Origin: Leptogorgia sarmentosa
Lineage: Eukaryota
DNA: 64,000 nucleotides
Assembly: GCA_964658305.1 (NCBI GenBank)
Contig: OZ210885.1
Coordinates: 25,358,001 to 25,422,000, forward strand
Direction of reading: 5' to 3'
Below the pieces are notes generated by a model. The model searched no databases. It was not told where the DNA came from and worked only from the letters and a program-made list of their open reading frames with translations. Shown here piece by piece: positions 35,359 through 46,545 of the stretch; positions within the stretch are counted from its first letter, which is position 1, and the number at the start of each line of letters is the position of its first letter. A program made the position numbers and the translations under genes.

Positions 35359-38321
35359 GCAAGTAAAAAAATTCAACCGCTTGAGTTGAGGAGATGCCTT
35401 CGAATGCTGAAAATCACTTACCACACCCTTAAATACTTGCGTATTGTCCCTTATAATCCTCTCCTATTGTTCCTTTACAATGCCATACATGCACAGGCAT
35501 TCGACCATTACGTACCGCCACAAAATACATTTGTATTCAGCTTTATCGCTCCCAACGATACCCAACTCCCCCTTCGATATAACTTAATTCTTATTCAAAC
35601 TTTGTGACCTCTTCTTTCTTTACTTATCTGGTCTCACACCGTCTCTTCGAACCCCGTGCTCGGCTTATATATCCCACCATTAACATACTAATTATCATAT
35701 AACCTATTACATTATTATTAACCTACTAATTATCATATAATCTATCACATTATTAACATAATAATAATACAGCTATTTTTTCCATCACACGTTCTCACCA
35801 AAGATCATATTACAACTGTAATTGATCACATGCTGAAAAAAAAACCCAACAATGCACATGCACTAGCCACACCCCCAAACCGGTCGGAGAGGAGCAACCA
35901 GACGAAAATTCCCCTAGGCAGGGAAGGTTCCAGCACCTCAAAACTGGACTCTATTCACTTCTGCTTAACGCATCTGCATCCACATTCTTTTCCCCTGCCT
36001 TATGCTCATACTCTATCTCGTACTCCTGAAGAGTTAAACTCCATCGCAGCAACTTACGATTTTTATTTTTTTCTTGGTTTAGCCAAACCAGAGGGTTATG
36101 ATCCGTTTGCAATTTAAACTTTCTACCAAAAAGGTAATAACGGAAGGTTTCCACAGCCTGGACAATTGCCAAACATTCTTTCTCAACCGTTGCTAAATTT
36201 AACTCCCGTGGTTGTAATTTTCTACTTGCAAATGCAATGGGATTTTCTTCATTAATCTCATCTAACTGAGTCAAAATCGCCCCCATACCATACCCCGACG
36301 CATCCGTTTTTACAATAAACTCACGTTCCCAACAAGGAGGCCGCAAAACTGGAGGAGATGTTAATTTTTTTTTAATTGGGAAAAAGCATTTTGTGCTCGA
36401 TTGGTCCAGACCACTCTAGTGGGTTCGGATTTTTTAGTTAAATCAGTAAGAGGTGCGGCAATATCCGCAAAATTTCGAATAAAGCGACGATAATATCCGG
36501 CCAGACCAAGAAATGAACGAACTTGTTTCTTCGTTTGAGGCCTCGGAAATTGTAATATCGTTTCAATAAGTGCCTCTCTAGGGGTGACGGTACCTCCCCC
36601 TACCCTATATCCGATAAAATCTACCACAGACATAGCAATTTTGCATTTTGACAGCTTTGCGGATAATCGTGCTTGCCGTAGCCTACCAAACACTTGCCGC
36701 AGATGATTTAAATGCTGCTCAAAAGTTGTTGAGGTGTCAATTTCCACATCATCGATGTAGGCATCCACAAAAGACTTTAACCTATTTAACACTTTATGTT
36801 TCATCATACGTTGAAAGGTTGCTGGCGCAGTTTTCATACCAAAAGGCATAACAGTAAATTCAAATAACCCCTGGGAAGTTATAAAAGCAGATTTCGGGAT
36901 AGAATTCTCATTTAACGGGATTTGCCAATACCCCTTAGTTATATCCAAGGTCGATATATACCTAGCTTGGGCTACTTTTTCTAACATTTGATCCACACAA
37001 GGAATTGGATATGCATTGGAGAGGCTTCCAGCATTTGTAGGCCCTTTCCCACATGCCCCGCCAGCGTCACGAACCGTATTTGTTGTTCGCGCGCAAGGCA
37101 TACTTGCTGCACTTGCACGTCTAGATATTTAACACATACTCATAGCGGAGCTGGGCCTGCTACACAGGCTAATAGATCAATCACCCGCGACCGTCACAAC
37201 ACTAACAAAATTGGCTTCGGGAAGCGCGGGGCCCCTCAAAGCGCGGGGCCCCTGGCACCTGCCCATACTGCCCCCCCCCTTGATCCGGCACTGTCTGGAG
37301 GCATTAAAACGTAGCTTGCATTGATGTAATGCCTGGTAGGCCGTGTCTACCAACTCAAATGTCCTGTCATCGATACCAACATTGACAAAATATCTCCTAA
37401 GTATGTCAAGCCTTAACGTTATGCCCCCAAAACAATCTGGGTCATTTAAAGAATCTAACCTGTATATTAGGTCTTCAACAGTGTTTAAGGCAGTAACTAG
37501 ATCAGCAGTTTCAATCGGTCCTACTGTATCCCCTCCCGACACCATATTTGTCTATCATTGAGGAGACGGCATTGGAGGTCTGGACATGAATGAATTTGGC
37601 AGGGGGTTGTCTTGTGTTAGCTTAATTCATATTGGCGGAGATTTGACGCTATCGTTGAACTCCGCCAATATTCAACATGTGATGATTTTTTTTTCAACAT
37701 ATTTTTAACGTTGAAGTTGCGATGGGTGCAAAATTCGCGGCATGTTCAATGCCGGTTTAACTTCAATGTCGAAAGCACATAGGTACTAAATGTCCTATTT
37801 TACTTCAATGTCGAAAATATGTTGAATGTTCTGCATGTTCAGTGTCAGATTTATCTTTTGCGAATGATGATCGACCAGAGGCCAAAAAACGAAGGAAGAA
37901 ATGGGTCGATTTTGTTCGAAGAAGGCGATTAAACTTTGAACCGTCTGCCTCTTCAAAGATATGTTCCAGGCATTTTAATGCAGGAGATTTTACTCGGCGT
38001 TTCAGTGTTCGCTTGACTTGGCGATAAAGCGAAATTGAAAGCCATACTAAAGAGCGACGAATTCGGGATTTGTGTATATCCAACCATTTCTTTGCCAGAT
38101 TGCCAGGAAACGAAACTTTTGTCCGCAAGGGAAAAACGTCATTCTGTAAGTATTGAATTTAGTTATTATTTTGTTTTACTGTTCTCGATAATCGCTGTTA
38201 CCACTTTAGTAAACAGTTGAGAGCGTGAAAATACGTATAAGTTTAAAATACAAGTTTGTAATGCGTAGGAATTGTTAAATCTTTGACAGGTACTAACGGC
38301 GAAACGATCGAAAAGCGACCA

Positions 38322-38471
38322 GCCTTCAACACCAGCAGCTGAAAGAGATGAGCCGTCAACATCAGCAGCTGAAAGAGATGAGCCGTCAACATCAGCTGAA
38401 AGAGATGAGCCGTCAACATCAGCTGAAAGAGATGAGCCTTCAACATCAGCTGAAAGAGATGAGCCTTCAGC
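38322..38471 (+). repeat. 27-30-bp coding minisatellite (AERDEPSTS, about 5 copies) in the Kolobok protein
   Basis: Repeated GCTGAAAGAGATGAGCC(G/T)TCAACATCA. Confidence 0.85.
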
Positions 38472-39214
38472 ATTGGTTGATGTTGAACTGACGGTAAGTG
38501 ACTCAGCAGCAGAAACCTGTATCCAGGCAGGCAGCAGCAGGCCTGAATATGGTTGAAACTGATTATAGCAAATCATATATCATAACACTTGGAAAATGGA
38601 CAGTTCGGTCTTAATATGACCCTTACAACATCATGGGAAAAGATTGTCTTCAAGCGACTTGATATTTATTCAATACTATTATGTTATTTTAGACAAGCAA
38701 ACATGAAAACATTAGAGAAGCTTGGTGTCAAACTGCACCAATGATATGCAAAAACTGCACAAAGCTAAGTTCAGAGCTGGTTCGGTTGAAGAAGATTATT
38801 TGTTTCTACCAATCTAAATTAAATGGTAAGTCACCTGATTCAAATCAATGCACTAATATTGTAATATTCCCAGTATTGCACAGTGAGGTATTGTATATCA
38901 ATACTGGAGCTGTGAGTATTATGTGTATTTTTTATACTTCATAGACGATGATGATGTTGGTGATGATGATGATACTGATGCTGATGTTGGTGATGATGGT
39001 GATAAAGGCAGCATGAGTGCAAGCTCTAGTGATATCGATAAAGATGATAACTACAGTGAAGATGATAACAACGATTATGATTCTCTTCCATTTGATGCGT
39101 TGTCTCAAACTGAAACGGAAGAAGAACCATTAGATGATCAATCAAGTGAATTGGAGCCAGAGGATGAAAATATTACATATGGTAAAAGGTATGTAAACAG
39201 TAATTTCTATTATA

Positions 39215-40024
39215 CAGGGTGTCTCAAAAAAAACGCAATCCTACGTTCAAATGCAATTTTCATAACGAAAAGAAATAGAAAATAGGCTATATTTACCACC
39301 GTTAGAAAGCTCTATCATTCCGCTTTCTTAAGACTGCTTGTTTGTTAAATTTGAGTTGGAAATGAGCGAGTAATGTTATTTTTAGTATGTGTGATTGGAC
39401 AATTTAAAATTTGAGATAGCTTGAATTTTATTAAAAATTTAACTTAGTTGGTTACAATCATTCGACGTGGCCGGCATTTCTCAGCACACACAAATCACTT
39501 CGACGTTGCATTTCCCGTGCAACTCTTCTTATTAGTTCATGATTTCCATGTAAAGCATCTGCTTCAAGCTGTATCTGCCGGTATTTACGTACGTTACGCC
39601 AAACGGTCGTCGAATTTGGGACTTGTTGATCCGGGAAAGCTATTCGAAACAATCTTAAAACTTCCTGAATACTTTTTGTTACCAAGTAACCTTCAACAAT
39701 AAAGTTCTTTCTGCTGTAGTGAGCTGTAGCATGATGCCTAAGACTTTAAAATTATTTCGCGAAAATATTTCAAACAAAATATTCGCATGTAACGATAACG
39801 TCCCCTTCGGAATTAAGAACGTCGAATTTGAAGCATCTAAAAATGACTGCTTGCAGTAAATCACTTATTTTGAAGTCCTAAATGGCCTAAAAAGTCACAA
39901 TCGACCACTTATTGAGTAGAAAAACGATGGGGCTAAAACATGAACTAAAAGTTAAGACATGGAAATCTATATTATTTTGGTTATAAAGCCTTAAACTTGG
40001 ATTGCGCTTTTTTTATACACCCTG
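39215..40024 (-). mobile_element. Internally deleted mariner-like element
   Basis: TIR CAGGGTGTCTCAAAAAAAACGCAATCC / GGATTGCGCTTTTTTTATACACCCTG with TA flanks. An N-terminal HTH remnant (SIQEVLRLFRIAFPDQQVPNSTTVWRNVRKYR) is fused to a C-terminal remnant (MQRRSDLCVLRNAGHVE). Confidence 0.85.
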
Positions 40025-43000
40025 TATAAAAGTATATTAAATACCATGCAACAAACCTTGGAGTGACTGTAATCATACTACCCATCATGCTTGGACAAAT
40101 CCTTGCAGGTTATTAAAAGCTTAGAAACTTTGTTGTTATAGAGTATTTTGTAATGATGGAAACCTAAGAGAAGAACCAAAATTTGTTGTGTTCTTATCAC
40201 AACTGTTGCTGTTGTTCCGAGTTTGTGCATCATGTAAAAGTACTGACATTTTGGTTGAAGTGAAGGAATTCGGTACAATGGTCCAAGTCGAAACAACATG
40301 CAATGATGAAAGATGTCTGCAGCACCATAATGTTTGGAAACGTCAACCGCTAATGCCAGGAACTTTAACTTCTGCAGGAAATCTTCTGTTGTCCTTTGCA
40401 ATCTTAGTTGCAGGTGGATCTGCTAGCAAGGTTATTAGGATATTCCAAGCACATGGGATTGGGCTGTATATCCTTGCCTACATTTTTTCGTCATCAACGT
40501 GTAAGTTCTGAACACGAGAAATATATTAACTTATCAAAATCAAGTCAGGGTGGTAACCAGACCTTATATTAAATTTTCATTGCCACTTTTTTGATTGTAG
40601 ATTGTATTTCTACTAATTAGAAATTAAATTGATAGCATGGACCACAGTTGTGGAACTTGCCATAAGTATGTAATAGAATTGACTAATCTCTGTTACAGGC
40701 ATATCTTAGCTGTTTGTCACTTTAACACCAATCTGCATAGAGATGAGCGAAGAACAGAATCTGGCGGTATTCAAGTGAAAGTAGTATACCCAAAATTCAA
40801 AAATGGGGAAGCCACTGTGAGAAATCTCCGGGTTCTTCCAAATTTTGGTAAGATTTTCACATTTATGTGCTACTGCTTGTGGAAATATAATGAGAGGAAC
40901 CATTTTGGAAAAGTTAGTTATTGGGTTGTTCCAGAAAAGATTCATACTCCCCCATCCAAAAATTGTTTCTGATAAAATATAGTAAATGTATTGGGACATC
41001 TGAAGGGGGTAGATGGTTTAACTTCCTATTTCCTCTGTAGGGGTAAGACAGATGTTTTCTGAAATGACCCATTTCTGTTGTATCCATGCTCCATTACTGG
41101 ATGCAGTTGGAAACATAATTCATGCATGATGACATTTCAGATTATGTTGAAGAAATTTTCAACGTTATGCTTAATGCGGATGAAGAGAAGCTTGATGCTG
41201 CACACCATGCATTGGTAAAGATGATGCCAGCTCCAATGAACACAATGCTGGAAAAGCAACCAAAGGAGGAGGCAATTCAAAAAGCCATAACAAAACCTGG
41301 ATGAAGAAAAGACAAACCGACCCAAAACCTGGATGAAGTGTTATGCAGTGTGGCACAGATCCAACTTCTTCCATGACAAGTTCTGCCTTTAACGCTTCTA
41401 AACAGCCTTCAATTTCTTGACAGCATTGTGCCTCGTTTTCGTTCACTAAGAGATCCACCTTGCAGTTTTCACATGTACACCTAAACAAAACAAGAATGAT
41501 CGTGAAGTAATATGCGTAAACACTATTATATCGCATCTTGGTATACACACATTTGACTATGATTTGACCTACCAATCTGATACGTGCACTTCCCCAATTA
41601 AGCGAGTTACAAGCAGTTGTCTTCTCTCCTCTTCTCACTTCATTGTATTTGGCAATCCACACAGCATTTGCAATCGGTTTGTCTTGGTACGGTTGCAAGC
41701 TTTGCCATTGTTCTTCGCTTCGTGTTGGACTGTCTGTGGGAGGCTGCGCTGCATCATCTTCAACTTCCATTACATAATCGAATACTGAAAACCTATCCGA
41801 GTCTAGTTGGCTGTCAAAATTATCGGAAAAACTTGACGACATCTTCTCACAGGAACTTTAACCAAAAAGTCTATGTTCAACGAGGTTCGAGTGCTATTTT
41901 GCCTCAAACGCTTTGTTTTCTTATAGCATCTATACTTTTAATATTTGATGTGTTCTCCTTTTTACGTCACTTCCGTCGGTAATGTCAATTAGTTACCAGT
42001 ACTTTGTACTAATGGAAAATTGAAAAAATTACCAACTTTGAGGTCTGAAAAGTACAGGAAGATTGAATTTTCGTATCAAATATATTGCAAATGTTCTTAA
42101 AATCACCTGAACTACATAAATAAGTCATTTCCCTGACCCTGATATAGGCACTTTAATACTTTGTTTATTATTCTTCAAATGTATAACTAGAAATACATAT
42201 ATGCAGCAACCCCTCGCCTTACTAACCAAATAATGCAACTATATTTTTGGAACATGAAGTACTTTAAAGCTGCCTGAGGTTGTTGTCTTGACAACACAAA
42301 CGGAAATTCATATTTCTGTATTTTTTTGAAAACCGTCAAAATATCAGCTTTTATTGGCATTTTTTTTAAGTTGGTGAACCATTTGTTATCCGTACGTTAT
42401 TAGGACCAAGATAAACTTGAATTTATTGTGAAATACTGCATTTATTTTCATGAAACGGTCAGTCTTTGATATGAGTTTCCCGGCCAATGTTCCTCGTTTT
42501 AGGGTAAAATTTGTAAATATTTTGTGAAGCTTTGCATTTAAAAACATAAACTTATACTCTGGAATTGAACCGTATGCGGCTACGGCCGGCGACCTTTCAT
42601 ACAAATAGTAAATATAGGCAAAACAAAAGTTCACTGCCAACAATATATTGACGAACTTATTGGTCCTGTGTTTCAATCTGTGGTCGTTTCTTCCCCTTTC
42701 TCAGCGTTTTATATCTTCTGAGAAGGCTTTTCAAGTCTTACACCGTAGATATTGTCTTTGTTTTCGCCTTTCCAAAAGCCTTAAAGCTTTAAAAAGCTTC
42801 GGCTCTTCATGATAGTCCGCCATATTTTTGAAATCAGTGGTGACCACCCTTCGACAATGACCCGAAATGGCGGCCAAATTGAGCAACTTTGGACTCCGCT
42901 ATGCTGAATTATTACCCTCGCCCTGGGCTGTAACGCCTGGCGCTGTGGCTTACCTCAACCTTGATAATTCCGCATATCACAAAAATTTCATCCAATAATT

Positions 43001-43199
43001 GTTAAGAATTACAATCAAACTTCAACTTAAGGTAAGTCTCGTTTAATTTTTAAATTTTTCCAAGCCAAACCTTTCAAAAATAAGCCAAATTCGAGTTATT
43101 TGTATAGGAAATTACACGCTTCGAGAAGTATTAATGAAAAATTGCACGCGTGTGAAGCACTTGCTGTATTTCGCCAAACACACGTGCAATTTTTCATTG

Positions 43200-43651
43200 G
43201 GTCTGTTTATACTGGAGACAGATAATTCATCTGGACGAACTTAGGTGATTTTCTTTAGTGCGTCTGTTAATTCGTCTGCTTGTAAATGCAGACAACAGAC
43301 GAATTAAGCGGCCAGACGAACTTAACAGTTAGTTCGTCTCAGAAGACGAACTTAAGCTGTAAGTTCGTCCAGACAGATAATTCGTCCGCTAGTATAAACA
43401 AAATACAGACGGACTTAGTTGGACAATCTGAGACCACATAACAAAGGCAGTTTTTCATGTAAGAGCAGATTTCGCCATTTTGAATTTACCCGCGAAAATA
43501 ACTCGTCCCATGACTAAAGCATACCTTTCTCTCGGTCAAAGGTAAATTTGTCCAACTAGTTCGTCCAACAGTATACAGACAAATTAACAGACGCACTGAA
43601 AAATTCACCTAAGTTCGTCCAGACGAATTATCCGTCTAGTATAAACAGGGC
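43200..43651. mobile_element. Harbinger-like MITE inserted into an older hairpin repeat
   Basis: TIR CTGTTTATACT..GACAGATAATTCATCTGGACGAACTTAGGTGA versus its reverse complement at ~43600-43651. The flanks (43105-43197, 43655-43685) rejoin into a palindrome. Confidence 0.7.
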
Positions 43652-44868
43652 TAATAATACTTCGAGAACAAGTGTAATTTCGTATTAATATCATTATACA
43701 CATTCACTAAACTTTTTTGTCCAAAGTTGACAATAAATGACAAAAAAACACAAGAATTTTAGGGTTGATTTAAGCGTTTATTTATTTGTTTTTATAATGT
43801 ATCGCGGGCTTGAAACTGTGCAATTAAGTTTAATTTGCACACCTGTGCAATTAATGTTTAATTTGACAGTTGTTGAAGCTTTTATAGCCAATCAGCGTCC
43901 CGGAAATTGACAACAATTATATTAGCCTTAAAAAAAGCCAAACTGGCAACCCTGCTTTTAACACTGGTGTCACTGTGCCACCACCAAGCCGTATTCGACT
44001 AGGAGGGCATGGCTGCAGCACTAACCATTTATTTAACTCAATCATTTTGTTGACCAGCAAGGATAAAGGACAAAAGCGTGATGAAACAGTTTGCATAAAA
44101 AAGAACATTGCAAAAATCGACTTTATCATAAATCTAGTTTTCTGGGAGAGAATTTTGTTGTGTACCAACTCTGCATCACAGGAACTGCAATCGAAAAGTG
44201 TCGACTCAGTGCCGATTCCAGACTTTCATCCATTAGTTTGTCAGAACTAAAGTATTTGCAAAATTCATTGTTGCATCATGGGGCAATCCCATTGGGTTTG
44301 AGAAATGATATAATGGTTGTGTAAAACAATTCTTCAACGAATTGACTTCCAATTCTAGGATTGAGGATTCAGAAAGAGCTTTCAAAATAAACATATTTTA
44401 CAAAACCATTGATGTTGCTGTAACACAAATTGGTCTGTTGGTTACACAGCACCGTATTTTGAACTACTTTTACAGTTAGAGCACGCCGATACCGTATATG
44501 AATTTGAGAAATTTATTATTCGATCTACAAATGTAATCATTACATTTATATGTTTAGTAAAAGTCTATTAAGTGATACGATAAGATGAGTCTAAACTCTA
44601 AAGTACTTACTTCTTGGCGAGCTCTAAAGCTTCTCGCAACTAAATTAACAACAACCATAAACCTTTCTTGTTTGTTCCTTGTGGTTCGCACATTAATCTG
44701 AATAGTTTTGCATACTAATTGCTTACTGAATAATTTGCATGCTAATTAATGTCAACACAAATAGAAGTGTGTTTTAAAGGATGCAAATGGTCGCAGAGAA
44801 ATTTGATTTTCTATTTCCAATAAATTTTGTCAAACTGGATGCCATTTAACCATTTAAATCACTTTATT

Positions 44869-45197
44869 CATAGGCGTACGAGCCGGGGGGGGGGGGGCTG
44901 GGGGGGGGCTGCAGCCCCCCCAGATTGGATTCAATGGACAATTTTCGGGCAATATATTTAAATATTTTGGTTTTTCGGGCAATATATTTAAACAAATTAA
45001 ATATAACAATATATTTCATACGAAAACAACTTTATTTGGACGAATTCTTCGGAAAAAAAAGTTGGCAAGGGGGGGGAGGGGGAGGAGGAGAGAGAGAGGA
45101 GGTGGAAGATATTTTCGAAAAAATTATGAGGCGGGTTGAAAAAATTTTCGGGCAAATTGTTCAGCCCCACCAAATAAAATGGTCCCGTACACCTATG
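44869..45197. mobile_element. Small MITE with hAT-like ends
   Basis: CATAGGCGTACG ... CGTACACCTATG termini and G-rich subterminal tracts; no clean TSD. Confidence 0.55.
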
Positions 45198-45199
45198 AG

Positions 45200-45750
45200 T
45201 ATTTATTGAACTAAGTCCAAAAGGTAGGTACAACAGGAAACCCCAATTACTGTACCCCCAATCAGCTACTAATATAAAATACATTCTACAATTAAATAAA
45301 ATTAGGCTATGTTACAGTATTTAAAAGACTATGAAATTGATACAAAGGATAAAAGGAAGGAATCAGTTACAACAGTTCGGCTTTTTAAGCAAAAGGCATG
45401 CCGATCTACATTTTATACAAATCGTCTTCCATGTTCTGTAGTCATCAACATCATAAATAACCCTTAAGGCATCTTTGTAGTAAATAATTAATTTGGTTTT
45501 AAAACCAAGAAGTGTCATACCTTCAAGTGTAAATTCACATGGTAAAATGTTCCACAGTTTTGCTGCTCTTACAAAATAGCTAGTTTGGTAATTTGTGGTT
45601 CTACATTTGCTAATTGTTAACTGCCTATCACTGTTCTTACTGTTGCGTGTACGTTTTACTGCCGCCGGAATTAAAGTCGCCACCTCAAACATAGTATTCT
45701 TTGGAGGCATAATCTCAACAATGTAATAGACCTTATTCTGTTGCAATTAA
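45200..45750 (-). mobile_element. 3' end of a LINE (CR1/L2 group)
   Basis: ORF 45363-45746: CRTTNYQTSYFVRAAKLWNILP...FKTKL...YDVDDYRTWKTICIKC, followed by a short 3' UTR with AATAAA. Confidence 0.7.
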
Positions 45751-45964
45751 TATGTAAGTGGAGATTCCGATTCTGTAGACACAAGTCGTAAATCCAGCCT
45801 ATTTTAGTATTTTTAGTGGAGCAAAGGGGGGCCGCTACGCCCCTGACTACACTTGTAAAATTGTCGCTTTGTCCTTCGTAAAATAGGCAAGTGCTTTGGA
45901 GGAATTAAAGATTAAAGTGCCCTCAGCACAGTGAAATGTTTTGGGTTTCTTTTAGCCATAGGTA

Positions 45965-46545
45965 AATAAGTAGTTTCAAGCTGCTGCAGTAAGAGTTGAA
46001 ATCAAGAGTGTTTTCCTTGCTTTATTGCTTTTGTTTACTCTCCTGCTCAATGCTCGTAATCTTGCTGTGAGAAGCCAGCTTTGTTGTCTATTCTCAATTG
46101 TATACATTCAACAAAACATTTGAGAAAAATACAGTAATATTAAGGTAACTAAGTTAGTTATTTAGGGTTTATTAAATTTGCACAATTTTTTTATTGTAAA
46201 TCATGGAAGAAATTATGTTAAATCTTTGGGTATATAAAATCTAACATATAATAATAAACATATAATAATATATAATATAATAATATAACATATAATAATA
46301 AAGTATATATGTAATTGACTAATTTCAAAAACTTTATTCAAAATGCTTTAATATGGAGGGTGAACCAGTCACTTCATTATGTAAATAGTAAAATGACAAG
46401 ATTCAGAAAAAGTGGACAAACAAAGCTGGCTTCTCACAGCAAGATTATGAGCATTTAGCATTGAGCAGGAGAGTAAACAAAAGCAATAAACCAAGGAAAA
46501 CTTGATCTCAACTTTTGCTGTACTGCAACAGCTTGAAACCACTTA
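45965..46545. repeat. Degenerate inverted-repeat element
   Basis: TTTATTGCTTTTGTTTACTCTCCTGCTCAATGCT..AATCTTGCTGTGAGAAGCCAGCTTTGTT is mirrored at 46415-46545. Confidence 0.75.

Larger units (their letters stand above)
31362..35420 (-). mobile_element. DIRS/PAT-like tyrosine-recombinase retrotransposon
   Basis: gag-like ORF, RT-RH-MT ORF and YR ORF in order. The boundaries are approximate. Confidence 0.85.
30873..37020 (-). mobile_element. Gypsy 3' remnant (RT, RNase H, 3' LTR split by a DIRS-like element), probably Gmr1-like
   Basis: RT STLDITKGYWQIPL..MPFGMKTAPATFQR..YIDD (36361-37020) and RH TDASGYG..EKEC..TDHNPL..ADALSR* (35951-36346). Putative LTR ends TGTGATGG (35789) ... CGTCACA (30873) on the minus strand. 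Confidence 0.8.
30387..37293 (-). mobile_element. Internally deleted hAT transposon hosting Gypsy and DIRS insertions
   Basis: TIR CAGGGGCGGATCAAG / CTTGATCCGGCACTG with a perfect 8-bp TSD TCTGGAGG (30379-30386, 37294-37301). hATC motif YLTMTVSNCTGERSFSKLKRVK at 30547-30831. Confidence 0.95.
29604..37545 (-). pseudogene. Second IS3EU-like integrase gene: exon 1 split by a hAT, exon 2 at 29604-29870, catalytic exons lost
   Basis: 37545-37294 plus 30378-30188 give ...GKPSFDINEEQVNFLLEQAF..MLGVGKRTLERRMQSFGLSVTG. Exon 2 ends SLWHIDGNHKLIR. Both introns fall at the same positions as in 54789-57373. Confidence 0.88.
37850..42152 (+). mobile_element. Kolobok transposon remnant (THAP + transposase on +, second Cys-rich protein on -)
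   Basis: THAP RRKKWVDFV..KICSRHF; transposase pieces PKFVVFLSQLLLLF..C..C, GNLLLSFAILVAG, HFNTN, YPKFKNGE. Convergent ORF 41842-41320 with PYQDKP, CTCENC..E..CCQE, CITLHPGF. The right end ...GATATAGGCACT is followed by TTAA (42153-42156). The left end and catalytic core are missing. Confidence 0.8.

Noticed and set aside
5280..37800. One giant ~32-kb IS3EU element joining the + strand HECT exons at 5490-11458 to the exon at 22793 and the integrase at 37545
   Set aside because: I could not find matching TIRs or a TSD at the two ends, and the intervening hAT has lost one end, so deletions may have fused unrelated elements.
43917..44430. Short ORFs with a faint hAT-like phrase (FKINIFYKTIDVAVTQI)
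   Set aside because: Too fragmentary to call.
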